DNA from: Oceanispirochaeta sp.
GTDB lineage: Bacteria; Spirochaetota; Spirochaetia; DSM-2461
Assembly: GCA_963666275.2 (NCBI GenBank)
Contig: CAXXOA010000001.1
Location: 928,001-992,000, forward strand
Length of the DNA: 64,000 nucleotides
Reading direction: 5' to 3'
The position numbers and the translations under genes are program-made. The notes under the pieces are model-generated. The model worked only from the letters and a program-made list of their open reading frames with translations. It did no database searches and was not told where the DNA came from. Below, one piece after another: positions 1 through 10,193 of this stretch (the stretch's first letter is position 1; the number at the start of each line of letters is the position of its first letter).

Positions 1-338
1 CTTTTTCCCGATTCCAGGGGGATAGCTCCTCTGCTGTCCTGCCATGTATAGAGAGGACTTACGGATTTGCCCTGTTTATCGACATAAAGGAATCCGTGCA
101 TCTGGCTGCTGATCCCGATCGACTGGACCGGTTCGGGAGATATCCCTTTCAGTTCATTGACAATTTTCAGAGAGGTTTCCAGGATTATCCGGGGATCCTG
201 AATCTTTTCCCACTCTTCAGCAGATTTCAAACCGGCTTTGCTATTGATGGAAAGGGCTTTGATAATCTGATTCTTTTCTCTATCCAGCAGGACTCCGGCT
301 ATTTTTGTGGTCCCTATATCTATTCCAAGAATATACAT
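1..338 (-). CDS. FGGY-family carbohydrate kinase, sedoheptulokinase-like (N-terminal part, runs off window)
   Basis: Not in ORF track. Manual translation gives MYILGIDIGTTKIAGVLLD...SIGISSQMHGFLYVD...SPLYTWQDSRG (FGGY N-domain motifs); GGAG upstream of ATG 338. Confidence 0.85.
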   Translation of the reverse strand, partial: MYILGIDIGTTKIAGVLLDREKNQIIKALSINSKAGLKSAEEWEKIQDPRIILETSLKIVNELKGISPEPVQSIGISSQMHGFLYVDKQGKSVSPLYTWQDSRGAIPLESGK

Positions 339-486
339 TCCTACTCCTTCTTTCTCTCCTATTTTTACATGACTTTCTTATTTTATAAAGGAGAGATTAT
401 GGAAATGTTCTCCATCCCGGGAATTCGCTGCAGAACAGGCTGATAGAATACGGAGGGGCTACTGTAATGGACGTTTTTTTTAGTCT

Positions 487-2079
487 TCAGCTTATATAGG
501 GTGGCATTCTCCTCTGTTCCCCAGTGAAATTAAGGAGGAAATCCTCCCGGGGAGTGTAATCGACTTTCTTTGACTCCTCAGTTTGAGCAGCTGAGGAAGC
601 AGCCGGTAGGTATACTGATACTTCGGTTCCCCTGTTCTGCAGGCTTTTTATGCTTATGGAACCTTTCATTTCTTTGACGAGTTCATTGATGATGGAAAGA
701 CCCAGTCCTGTCCCTTCCCCGGGGGCTTTGGTTGTAAAATAGGGTTCGAATACCTTTTCCAGCAGTTCCTCTCTGATTCCAGCTCCCGTATCACTGATCC
801 GTAAATGAACATAGTCGCCCTGTTTTTTATCAAATGGATGGTTGACTGTCTCAGTTCTCTGCGAATTTTCAAGAGAAACTGTGATCAATCCCCCGGCGGA
901 GCCTATGGCCTGCACGGCATTGGTGATCAGGTTCATCCCAATCTGATGAATATGGGACTGAGGAGCCAGGACAGGGAAACAGTTCTCATCAATTTTTTCA
1001 ATTATCTCAATGTTTTCGGGAAGGACGACCCTGCTGAGACTTATTATTTCCGCAAGAAGATCCTTCAGTTCCACAGTTTGTTTTTCCATATCAGTATGCC
1101 TGCTGAAGTGAAGGATCTGGGAGGTCAATTCCTTACCCCTGATCCCTGCCTGATGAATCTTTTCCGCCTTTTCCCAGTCCCTGCTTTCTACAGGGAGGGA
1201 GTCGGTAAGCATTTCGGCAAAACCAATGATCGGGGTGAGAATATTTTTAAAATCATGGGCTATCCCGCCTGCCAGTTTCCCCAGAGCTTCCAGCCTCTGG
1301 GTCTGAATCAGTTTCTGGGCCAGCTTCTGATTTTCCTCCTCTCTTGCTTTCAAGGGGGTTATGTCTGTGTTGACGCAGAGGATTCCTGTGATTCTCCTAT
1401 TTTCATCATAGACAATGGAGGAACTCCGAAGAACTGTTTTATATTCTCCGTTTTTATGCCGCAGTCTGACCTCTGTGACAATCCTTTCCGGATCAGGTAG
1501 TGTCAGGATTCCCTCAAATTTCTCAAGAAGGCGCTTTACATCATCCGGATGAAGGTATTCTGCCAGATTTTTTCCGATCATTTCCTCCTTCCTGTAACCC
1601 AGAAAACGGCTGGAATTGCTGCTTACGGCCACAATCATTCCCGATATATCCATAACTTCAGCACCATAGGGGAGGATATTGAACAGATTTTTGAATTTCT
1701 CTTCATTAAAACGGGACTTTTCTATGGCTTTTTCAAGATGGCAGTTCCTTTTTTTAAGGTGGAAAATGAGCATGCCGATTACCAGGCCGTATAAGCTGCC
1801 CATCACCATGGGGGTTATAAAACCTTTAAAATGGAGAGGGAGGTTCACGTAGAGTTTCTGAAACACCGAAGAGATGCAGAGAGAAAGCATCCCCAGCAAC
1901 ATATACTGGAGAATATAGAGGGCAAGGAGAACCCTGTCAGGTTTGATAAAAAAACGTTCCTTTTTACCGATTAAAAGTATCCGGGTTAGAATGATTTCAA
2001 AAATACCTGAAAACAGAATAATCCAGACAATTATTTTTTCCAGAAACTGCGGAATCATATCCTGCCACTCGCTTATCAT
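487..2079 (-). CDS. membrane PAS sensor histidine kinase (HisKA + HATPase)
   Basis: N-terminal TM segments, PAS (YLHPDD), H-box LAGGIAHDFKN, NLITNA, DTGAGI, FEPYFTTK, GTGLGL. Confidence 0.9.
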   Translation of the reverse strand: MISEWQDMIPQFLEKIIVWIILFSGIFEIILTRILLIGKKERFFIKPDRVLLALYILQYMLLGMLSLCISSVFQKLYVNLPLHFKGFITPMVMGSLYGLVIGMLIFHLKKRNCHLEKAIEKSRFNEEKFKNLFNILPYGAEVMDISGMIVAVSSNSSRFLGYRKEEMIGKNLAEYLHPDDVKRLLEKFEGILTLPDPERIVTEVRLRHKNGEYKTVLRSSSIVYDENRRITGILCVNTDITPLKAREEENQKLAQKLIQTQRLEALGKLAGGIAHDFKNILTPIIGFAEMLTDSLPVESRDWEKAEKIHQAGIRGKELTSQILHFSRHTDMEKQTVELKDLLAEIISLSRVVLPENIEIIEKIDENCFPVLAPQSHIHQIGMNLITNAVQAIGSAGGLITVSLENSQRTETVNHPFDKKQGDYVHLRISDTGAGIREELLEKVFEPYFTTKAPGEGTGLGLSIINELVKEMKGSISIKSLQNRGTEVSVYLPAASSAAQTEESKKVDYTPREDFLLNFTGEQRRMPPYIS

Positions 2080-2175
2080 GGATTTGGAAACAGTTTTATA
2101 GTATTGAAGTCTTTAGATAAATTATAAGCGAATGCCGGTAAACAATTCAAATATTCCGGAGGATTCTTTTAAGAA

Positions 2176-3354
2176 TCAGTTCCCCCTCATTTCACTTTCG
2201 GGAAAATCTCTTCCCAAAGGAGCAGGAATGTTAAAACTGCTTTCAATATTTATATATCTGCTCTCTCTGGCAGCCTCTAAAATACGCGTCATCACTTCCA
2301 GAGAGTGATAGGCCATATCACCACTGGCTCTATGAGGTCTGTTGTCTCTTATTGCCAGAGCCATATCGATCAATCCAATCCCTCTGCTGTTTTGCTGGTG
2401 GGATGTCGAGGTAAAGGGAAAGTCTATGGGAACGTTTATCCAATCAGAAGGATTTTCCTGCCGGGGAAAGCTGTTCCATCGGTATTCTTTTTTTGTCCGT
2501 AAAAGGATGGGGCCTCCGAAAATATTGGGGCCATCCAGAGGATCTGGATCATTCAGGCATATGGTTCCTTCCGTTCCATATAGTTCCAGTCTGGGCATTT
2601 CGGATTCCCAGACATCGAAGCTTGTAATGATATTTGCAAGCGCACCGTTATGAAACTCCAGATTTCCGATAATATGGGTATCCACTTCTACATTGATTTC
2701 TTCCTCTTTGTGAGGGCCTGTCGGAATTTTTCTCGGATTAAATGTTTTTCTGGACATTCCGCTGCAGCGTTTTACCGGTCCCAGAAGAGAGAGCAGAGCT
2801 GTCATATAATAAGGGCCTATATCCAGAAGAGGGCCTGCACCGGTCTGGTAGAAGAAAAAGGGATTGGGATGGAAAGATTCCACCCCGTGATAGAGGCAAT
2901 AGGCTCCCGCACCGATGACCTCACCGATGACTTTTCTGTCCAGGAGGTTTCTGACTGTTTGCAAACGGCCCCCCATAAAGGTATCCGGGGCACATCCGAC
3001 ATATAGTTTTTTTTCCTTTGAGAGCCTGATAATTTGTTTCGCGCCCTCCAGATCAGTCCCCAGAGGCTTTTCGGTATAGATATGTTTTCCAGCCTGGAGG
3101 GCTGCAATATTATAGTAGCTATGTACGGATGGAGGTGTAAGGTTCAGTACAATATCTATCTCAGGATCCTGAATGAGCTCCTCGCCTGAACTGTAAGCCC
3201 TGGAAATATGAAACCTGTCTGCTGTGATCCGGGCCTTTTCCAACCCCCTGCTGGCGCAGGCATGAACCTCAACAATGTTGTATTTTTTAAGGTTATTAAT
3301 ATATTTATCGCTGATATCTCCTAAGCCGATAATTCCGACTTTATAGTTCTTCAT
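2176..3354 (-). CDS. Gfo/Idh/MocA-family oxidoreductase
   Basis: GIIGLG Rossmann motif, AGKHIYTEKP, GAGPLLDIGPY; GGAGG RBS. Confidence 0.92.
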   Translation of the reverse strand: MKNYKVGIIGLGDISDKYINNLKKYNIVEVHACASRGLEKARITADRFHISRAYSSGEELIQDPEIDIVLNLTPPSVHSYYNIAALQAGKHIYTEKPLGTDLEGAKQIIRLSKEKKLYVGCAPDTFMGGRLQTVRNLLDRKVIGEVIGAGAYCLYHGVESFHPNPFFFYQTGAGPLLDIGPYYMTALLSLLGPVKRCSGMSRKTFNPRKIPTGPHKEEEINVEVDTHIIGNLEFHNGALANIITSFDVWESEMPRLELYGTEGTICLNDPDPLDGPNIFGGPILLRTKKEYRWNSFPRQENPSDWINVPIDFPFTSTSHQQNSRGIGLIDMALAIRDNRPHRASGDMAYHSLEVMTRILEAARESRYINIESSFNIPAPLGRDFPESEMRGN

Positions 3355-3557
3355 CGTAATCCTCCCTATTTATTGTCAGAATATCATACCATTGTTTTCC
3401 CTGTCTTTCCATAAAAATCCGAAAATGTAAAAAGGAATGAGAAGGGACATTCCTGTAGTTTTCAGCCTGTAATTTCATGAGAAAATAAAAAACCTAACAT
3501 TTTTTTAATTTTATACATGGAAAGATATTAAAGGGTTCATCGATTTTTCGGTGACAG

Positions 3558-3575
3558 TTGGCACCGGTTTCGCAT
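3558..3575 (+). promoter_or_regulatory. putative sigma54 (-24/-12) promoter
   Basis: TTGGCACCGGTTTCGCAT fits TGGCAC-N5-TTGC with exact GG-N10-GC spacing, 35 nt before ATG 3611. Confidence 0.6.
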
Positions 3576-3610
3576 AGATAATGGTATCTGAATACCAAAG
3601 GATTGATTTT

Positions 3611-3922
3611 ATGAATGTATTTCCTCCGAAACCACTGGGATTTATTAAAGAGGGTCTTGAAAAAATGGGGCAGGATGTCTCTTATGTGTATGAGGACCTT
3701 GTTTTCCCGACCCATACGGCTTTTCTCATTCAGTTCGGAAAAGAAAATTATGAACTCAATATCTATTTCAATGAAGAAACAGATCCTGACGAGATCGCCT
3801 CCCTGAAAGAGTTTCTCAAAGATATTCTGGCTGCTGATATCGGTTTTTCTCTGGCCTTCATGGGAACCTTCCTCCTCGAAGAGGCGGAAAATGAGGAGCT
3901 GAAAATACATTTTACAAGTTAA
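3611..3922 (+). CDS. small acidic hypothetical protein
   Basis: ORF 3581-3922; ATG 3611 preferred because it follows AAAGGA and lies downstream of the sigma54 site. Confidence 0.7.
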   Translation: MNVFPPKPLGFIKEGLEKMGQDVSYVYEDLVFPTHTAFLIQFGKENYELNIYFNEETDPDEIASLKEFLKDILAADIGFSLAFMGTFLLEEAENEELKIHFTS

Positions 3923-3982
3923 AATTAGTTGAGAAAAAATTGGTGAATCCGGAGAAAATCTATTATAGTAGATTTTATTCCT

Positions 3983-5068
3983 ATGAAAAATTTAAAAAGA
4001 CTCTCTACCATCCCCAATCTGCCTCTTCTTTCCGGAGTACTGATATTTTTTTCTGTGATACTCCTTTTTAGCTATATCCAGTACAGCTCTTCTCTGAATC
4101 TCATCAATATGGAAAAAGATCTGAGAAAGACGGTTTTTGATCTGTATCAGGCAGAAGACCATCATCAGCTGCTTCAGGTGTACAGTGATCTGCAGAAAAT
4201 GAAAGCTTCCCGCAGACTCTCCCTTCTCTACAGGACCATATACGGGAAAGGGATGGAAACCGGTGCTGATGTCATTCCCACCCGTGAGAGCCTCAGACAG
4301 AATCTGGCTGAAATCGGAGAACTCCTTGAAACCTGCAACAGGGAGCAGAATCGCACCGTTCTCATACTCTTTTTTTCACTGGTAGCCATGTCTCTGATCC
4401 TGGCAATCTTTCTCACCATATCAGTAGTGGAAACTGGCAGAAACCTAGAGAGAGAGGAGTATCAGCATCGTATGGATCAGATGCTGATCCGGTCCCTGGA
4501 GGAAGAAAGGAATCTGCTGGCTCTGGAACTGCATGATGATGTAGCCCAGAAACTGGCTCTCATCAGTCAGCATCTCCATCAGGAGGAGAGGGGGCATACG
4601 GATCTTCTCAAACGGTATAACCGGGATATTATTGACAAAATAAGAACCATGTCCCACTCCCTTCGTTCTCCCGAATTTAACACTGTAGGTCTTCAGAAAC
4701 AGATTGAATCTCTTGTTGCAGATTTCAGATCCCTCAGCTCCATCCAGGTCAATATAGAAGTGAACGGTCTGTCTGTGCTTCATCTGGATGATCAGCAGAA
4801 ACTCCATGTCTACAGGATCATTCAGGAGCTGCTTACAAATTGCCGGAAACATTCCCGGGCAGGGAATGTTTCCATCAGGATCCTCTATGTTCATCCGGAA
4901 CTCCGGATTTTCTACAGGGATGATGGAATCGGAATGGAAAAAAGGGACTCCCGGGAATCCATGGGATTGAGAGGAATCGACTACAGATTGAATATTCTGA
5001 ACGGACGGATGATCATGAAGCAGGAAGATGGGCTGAAAATCACTTTTACAATTCCGGTGCCGCTATGA
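3983..5068 (+). CDS. NarX/UhpB-type sensor histidine kinase (HisKA_3)
   Basis: 2 TM segments, EEERNLLALELHDDVAQ, YRIIQELLTNCRKHS, DDGIG, MGLRGI. Confidence 0.92.
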   Translation: MKNLKRLSTIPNLPLLSGVLIFFSVILLFSYIQYSSSLNLINMEKDLRKTVFDLYQAEDHHQLLQVYSDLQKMKASRRLSLLYRTIYGKGMETGADVIPTRESLRQNLAEIGELLETCNREQNRTVLILFFSLVAMSLILAIFLTISVVETGRNLEREEYQHRMDQMLIRSLEEERNLLALELHDDVAQKLALISQHLHQEERGHTDLLKRYNRDIIDKIRTMSHSLRSPEFNTVGLQKQIESLVADFRSLSSIQVNIEVNGLSVLHLDDQQKLHVYRIIQELLTNCRKHSRAGNVSIRILYVHPELRIFYRDDGIGMEKRDSRESMGLRGIDYRLNILNGRMIMKQEDGLKITFTIPVPL

Positions 5069-5679
5069 AAAAAATTCTCCTTGTGGATGATCATGAACTG
5101 ATCTATACCGGTCTGAAAAACACTATCCCGGGCTATGAAATTCACTATTCCAGTTATCTGGAAGAGGCTGTCGGAAAACTTGAAAAACAGGACTATTATG
5201 CTCTGATTCTGGATATTTCCATCGGGTATGCCCGGGGATTTGAACTGCTTAAATGGATCCCCGACTGCTCCCATGTTTTTTTTCTGAGTATGCATAAGTC
5301 TCCCCAGTTTATAAAACAGGCAAAAGAATCCGGAGCAAAAGGATATTTCCTGAAGGACGAACCAGTGGATCTCCTTCTGGAGGCTCTGAGAAATCCGGAA
5401 GGCAGAACTTTCTGGATGTCGGAAAATGTAGAATCTGTGCTGCAGAACAGCCGGGAGGAAATGGCAACCAACTATGATGCATTAACTCCCCGGGAACAGC
5501 AGATCTTTTCTCTCCTTGCTCAGGGTATGGGATACTCTGAAATTGCCAGGCTTTTGAATATCAGCAAAAAAACGGTTAACAATCATCGGGATCACATCTA
5601 TAAAAAACTTGAAATTTCATCCCAGACCCAGCTGGTTCATGAAGCTCTGAAACTGGGAATCCTTGATATAACTTTTTAG
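5065..5679 (+). CDS. NarL/LuxR-family response regulator
   Basis: ILLVDDH, LILDIS, FLSMH, LTPREQQIF...IARLLNISKKTVNNHR; ATGA overlap with the kinase. Confidence 0.93.
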   Translation: MKKILLVDDHELIYTGLKNTIPGYEIHYSSYLEEAVGKLEKQDYYALILDISIGYARGFELLKWIPDCSHVFFLSMHKSPQFIKQAKESGAKGYFLKDEPVDLLLEALRNPEGRTFWMSENVESVLQNSREEMATNYDALTPREQQIFSLLAQGMGYSEIARLLNISKKTVNNHRDHIYKKLEISSQTQLVHEALKLGILDITF

Positions 5680-5990
5680 CACGCCCTGTCCCCGTCTGTT
5701 AAATATTTATCGTAAAGCCATAGAATTATATCAACTGTATTGCAGAGAAATGACGTTTCCTGCCGATTCAGAAATGTACTTTTCCTTCCTTCAGTTATGA
5801 GTGTTTCCGGATTTTCTTCTCAACAGTCTGTGCCTGTCAAATTGCAGATAATTCTCTGCTGTATGAGCAGTTAAAATATTCATATGAGAATTTCTGTGAA
5901 AAGGCAATTCTGATTATTTATATATTATATATAACTACCTATAATCCATTTTAAAATTTCAAAAAATCATAAAAAAAGGAAATCTATTCT

Positions 5991-7688
5991 ATGGTAACTG
6001 AAAAAAAACTGCTGCTGATTCGTTTGATCACAGCTGTTGCCGCGGTTCTGACAGCCTCTGTCTCTGTATGGGCATGGCAGATAGGGAGGAACCTCTCCAT
6101 TTCTTCTGTGACTGTATTATTATTCATTCTTGTTGTTACACTTCTCATTATGATTCAATCCCATCTCCGTCAGATGAGAGAGTTCCTCCGTCAGCTCGCT
6201 GCCTTTCAGCAGGGACAGGAAACTGCAGAAAATCTGTCTCAGGAAGGAGACCCTCTATTCCATATGCTTTCGGACGGATGCAGGAGAACTTCAGATATGT
6301 GCCTTTCTCTGCAGGAAGGTAACCGGGAGCTGGGGCTGCTGAGTACGAATCTTTCGGATTCATTGGAAAAAAGCATAACCAATATGGTCGAGGTATACAA
6401 AAAAACACGGACCATCAACGAAGGTGCATCCCTTCTGAGGCAGGAAATTGCCAGTTCGACTGCCGCTATGTCTCAGATTTCCCTGAATAACAGCGGTTTT
6501 GTTTCTCAGGTAGACAGCCAGGTAGCCGCCATAAACCAGACCTCCGCCGCTATTGAAGAGATGGCTGCTTCCATTGACAGTGTCAGAAACATTGCCGAGG
6601 GCAAAAGTACCGCTGCCAGTGAACTCCAGGATGAGGCCAGGATCAATTATGACAAGATGAATAGTACCAACAGCTTCATTATGGATATAAACAACAGGGT
6701 GGGAGATGCCCTTTCCATGATTGAAGTCATCGATAATGTGGCGGCTCAGACCAATCTTCTTGCCATGAATGCCGCCATTGAAGCCGCCCATGCGGGAGAG
6801 TCGGGTAAAGGATTTGCTGTTGTTTCCGATGAGATCCGGAAGCTGGCAGAGAGTTCCGCTCAGAATGCTCATGAAATCTCCAGAAGCCTGAAAGAGCTGA
6901 TTGATATGATCCAGGGGGCTTCTAAAGCCAGTAAGGAAACAATTGAAAATTTCTCTCAGGTTATGAGTTTCATTAATGAGGTTGTTTCGGCATTCAGGGA
7001 AATCCACTCTTCTACGGACGAACTGTCCGCCGGAAGCCGTGAAATGGTCAATGCCCAGTCATCTCTGATTGAGGTCTCAGACACAATCAGGAACGGCAGC
7101 AGAGAGATTCAGACTGGAATTGATCAGATACAGGAAAGTATCATCAAAATCAACAGCCTGTCGGATCAGAATCTCACAGACTCGGATTCCATAAAAGGAA
7201 GTGCCGCTGATCTGAACATGGAGCTGAACACCCTGGCGGGGCTCTTTATTTCCAATAATAATTATACTTCTTCCCAGTCCCGTCTCCTCAGAGAGTCGCT
7301 TCCGGAAAACGGTAAGCCCCCCAGTGCTCTGCATAAGCTGGAGTTGAGTGAGTACTCCAATCTTCTGCTGAAGTACCAGACCTGGGTAAGCCGGATTCGG
7401 AGCATCCTGGATCATAAGATGCCCTTTGATCCCGCCCTGATCGTGGATCATAAACACTGCGATCTGGGTCTCTGGTGTGAAAAGTATGCGGCCCAGGTCA
7501 TGATGAAAGAGGACTATGAACAGATGCAGGATTATCATCAGCAGTTTCACAGGAAAATCCGCGACATCTATGAAGGACTTGATAAAAGGTCTGCCGAAGA
7601 GCTGCAGTCTCTTTATGAAGAGATCATTATTCTTTCCTCAAATATTCTCTTTTATCTCAGAAAATATAAGGACGATTTTATTTTCTGA
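5991..7688 (+). CDS. methyl-accepting chemotaxis protein with C-terminal CZB-like domain
   Basis: [36 protein letters not shown]-terminal HCDLGLW...HQQFH. Confidence 0.92.
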   Translation: MVTEKKLLLIRLITAVAAVLTASVSVWAWQIGRNLSISSVTVLLFILVVTLLIMIQSHLRQMREFLRQLAAFQQGQETAENLSQEGDPLFHMLSDGCRRTSDMCLSLQEGNRELGLLSTNLSDSLEKSITNMVEVYKKTRTINEGASLLRQEIASSTAAMSQISLNNSGFVSQVDSQVAAINQTSAAIEEMAASIDSVRNIAEGKSTAASELQDEARINYDKMNSTNSFIMDINNRVGDALSMIEVIDNVAAQTNLLAMNAAIEAAHAGESGKGFAVVSDEIRKLAESSAQNAHEISRSLKELIDMIQGASKASKETIENFSQVMSFINEVVSAFREIHSSTDELSAGSREMVNAQSSLIEVSDTIRNGSREIQTGIDQIQESIIKINSLSDQNLTDSDSIKGSAADLNMELNTLAGLFISNNNYTSSQSRLLRESLPENGKPPSALHKLELSEYSNLLLKYQTWVSRIRSILDHKMPFDPALIVDHKHCDLGLWCEKYAAQVMMKEDYEQMQDYHQQFHRKIRDIYEGLDKRSAEELQSLYEEIIILSSNILFYLRKYKDDFIF

Positions 7689-7822
7689 GAGGGACGGAGG
7701 TCCATTGATCCTCCGGTTGCTTCCCTCTGAGGGGACGGAGGATCTCAAAGGGAACTCACCATAAAAAGAAATTCATTTGAAGATGGAAGAAATTTCATTA
7801 CTTAAGTGTTATAGTATACCCT

Positions 7823-8845
7823 ATGGTATCAATTGTTCATTATTTGCTTCATCTGTCCAGGCTCTTCTTTCTGGTGTTTCTGCTGGTATTCTCGTCCTGC
7901 CGGACAGCTCCTGATCTGAAAGAGCAGATTCTTAATATGCCGGCGAAGCAGTATACTCATTACTCTTTTGATTCCCGGTCTGATCTGATCTCACGGGTTA
8001 AGGATCCGCCTGCTGTCCTTCTGGATTATCTGAGGAATATGGATAACAGGGAGGACTATTCTGCATATACTCCGGATGAAAAAGAGCTGGCCATGCTGAA
8101 TGAGTATCTACAGCTTCTTCCTCCGAAAAATCTTGAAGTGATGCAGGAGAAACTGGCAGGGATCTATTTTGTTGAGAATCTGATTGGAAGTGCTCTGGCC
8201 GATTACGTCCTTGATGATGAAGGATGTCTTTACAACATATTGATTATCAATCCCGAAACTATGCATCACAGCATGACAGACTGGCTTAGTTACAGGGAGA
8301 ATTCCTGCTACAGGGACAGTCGTGACAGGATACAGATTTCCTGCGGCAGTAAATATACAGGTCTCTTATATACGCTCCTCCATGAATCCGCCCATATTGT
8401 GGATTACAATATGCATATCACTCCTTATACCGAGTACACAAGTATGATAGGAACAGGATACAGCCCCGATAAGAATAATGTTTTTATCCTGGATATCTGG
8501 AAGGATTACAGAACTCCGGTTAAAGAGTATTACAAAGAGAGCTTTATGGAAAATATATCCTTCTATGGTCTGGGGGAAGGTGCTGAAATTGATTTTGAAG
8601 GAGCTCAGGAGGTATATGATCAACTTCTGACGACTCCCTTCATCTCACTCTACGGTACCATGAGCTGGGCAGAAGATTTTGCAGAACTTGCCACCTGGCA
8701 TCACTATACTGAAGTTCTTGGAGAAACATATCAGGTTATTCTGAAGAGAGATAGTATGAATATCCGGGAATGGGGATTTTTGGAAAATCCCCTTGTAGAA
8801 GAGCGACTTGCATCTCTGGATGTCTTGTATCAGAAGAATCAGTAG
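7823..8845 (+). CDS. lipoprotein, putative zinc metallopeptidase
   Basis: lipobox-like LVFSSC; LLHESAH (HExxH) and downstream SLYG...AEDFAE. Confidence 0.65.
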   Translation: MVSIVHYLLHLSRLFFLVFLLVFSSCRTAPDLKEQILNMPAKQYTHYSFDSRSDLISRVKDPPAVLLDYLRNMDNREDYSAYTPDEKELAMLNEYLQLLPPKNLEVMQEKLAGIYFVENLIGSALADYVLDDEGCLYNILIINPETMHHSMTDWLSYRENSCYRDSRDRIQISCGSKYTGLLYTLLHESAHIVDYNMHITPYTEYTSMIGTGYSPDKNNVFILDIWKDYRTPVKEYYKESFMENISFYGLGEGAEIDFEGAQEVYDQLLTTPFISLYGTMSWAEDFAELATWHHYTEVLGETYQVILKRDSMNIREWGFLENPLVEERLASLDVLYQKNQ

Positions 8846-9720
8846 GATGTCTGTCTTGCGGAAGGATCCGCCAGAGACTCCAGGATCTGTCTGAAAAGAT
8901 TGTGAATCAGATACCTTTCAAAGGAATTTTCACTTTCAGGAAAGTAGCTGATCAGATTGGAGAGAAGCAGGTCCGTATCTTTTTTATTGATAGGAAAGCG
9001 GCGGCCCAGAAGGTTTGCCTCCAGGTCCCTGTTCCTCAGGATAAGACGGCCTCCGTTGGTAAAAGCCAGGCGGAAGTCTGAGAGGACTCCCTTTTCGATG
9101 GATGCCAGGCAGTTCACAGTCATAAAGCTGTCATTCTGAATATTGACTTTTCTATGAAAGGAGAAGTTGCCTTCGTAGTAGGGAATCCGTACCCGTGTAA
9201 GAACTTCCGCTTCCCCCAGGTTTATGGCCCCCTCCTGCGTCAGAAGGGAGTTGATGGTTGTCCAGCGGGATTTCATTGACATTTTCCCGTTTCTCCGGGG
9301 TTTCACATGACGGATCTCAATACGGCTGTCCAGGAGCTGCAGGACAGGCAGCAGGTCCATCCTCCTTCCGGGAATACAGATATTGCCGCCCAGGGTGGCC
9401 ATATTCCTGATAGGGTAGGGCCCCATTTCTGTCATGGTTTCCTGCATCAGGGGGATATTGAATATATAGGCTGTATCAATGAGTCTGTTGATGGTGACGC
9501 AGCACCCTGCTTCGGCATACCTGTCTGTCCGGGTGATCCGTTTCAGTTCTTCCAGCTGAGAAAGGGCCAGCACGGAGTGATGACCTTCCTCCTGGTTGAG
9601 ATAGTGATTCATCAGATGGGTCCCGCCGGCCAGAAGCTGGGTATTGGGACTCTTCCGGTACAGTGTCAGAAGTTCCAGCAGATTCCGGGGAATACTGATA
9701 TGAAACCCTTTCGCTTTCAT
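8839..9720 (-). CDS. FAD-binding subunit, xanthine dehydrogenase/CoxM family
   Basis: LLAGGTHL, IRNMATLGGNI. Confidence 0.85.
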   Translation of the reverse strand: MKAKGFHISIPRNLLELLTLYRKSPNTQLLAGGTHLMNHYLNQEEGHHSVLALSQLEELKRITRTDRYAEAGCCVTINRLIDTAYIFNIPLMQETMTEMGPYPIRNMATLGGNICIPGRRMDLLPVLQLLDSRIEIRHVKPRRNGKMSMKSRWTTINSLLTQEGAINLGEAEVLTRVRIPYYEGNFSFHRKVNIQNDSFMTVNCLASIEKGVLSDFRLAFTNGGRLILRNRDLEANLLGRRFPINKKDTDLLLSNLISYFPESENSFERYLIHNLFRQILESLADPSARQTSY

Positions 9721-10193
9721 TTCTTCTGCCTCCGCTGCCTGACTTCGGATGCCTTGAGAATTCCTTTTTTCAGAGTTTCATAGGGGGTGCAGTTGCATTT
9801 TACAGTGGTGAGAATCTCTTTCATCTGCCTTTTATCCGGTCTGATATATTTATCCAGAAGGATCCCGGTGGAGAGAGTCCGCGTGGGAGCGCAGTAGTCG
9901 CAGAGATGAACCCCCGCCTGCTTGAATCCCTCGAACACATCATTGAAATCCTCCAGTTCCGCATATCCTTCAATCGTGAGAACCTTCTTTCCCTTGATCT
10001 GAAATACAGGGACCATACAGGAGTAGACGAGTTCTCCGTCCAGCACGACCGTACAGAGGCCGCAGTACCCTTTTCCGCAGGCCGACCGCAGCCCTGTCAG
10101 ATTGTAGTGATCTCTGAGTATTTCCGAAAGCTTTTTATAGGCGGGGACTTCAATGGTTGTATCACTGCCGTTCAAATTGAATTCAATCAGCAT
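9717..10193 (-). CDS. 2x[2Fe-2S] subunit, xanthine dehydrogenase/CoxS family
   Basis: CGKGYCGLC...YSC and CDYC...CNC. Confidence 0.92.
   Translation of the reverse strand: MLIEFNLNGSDTTIEVPAYKKLSEILRDHYNLTGLRSACGKGYCGLCTVVLDGELVYSCMVPVFQIKGKKVLTIEGYAELEDFNDVFEGFKQAGVHLCDYCAPTRTLSTGILLDKYIRPDKRQMKEILTTVKCNCTPYETLKKGILKASEVRQRRQKK

Noticed and set aside
96..443. 115-aa plus-strand ORF
   Set aside because: It is antisense to the FGGY kinase, which has clear motifs.
5680..5990. Riboswitch (e.g. c-di-GMP) upstream of the MCP
   Set aside because: The region is AT-rich with only a GAAAAGGCAA fragment and no supporting stems. The weak AGAAATG..TTTCC repeat is insufficient. An Rfam scan would settle it.
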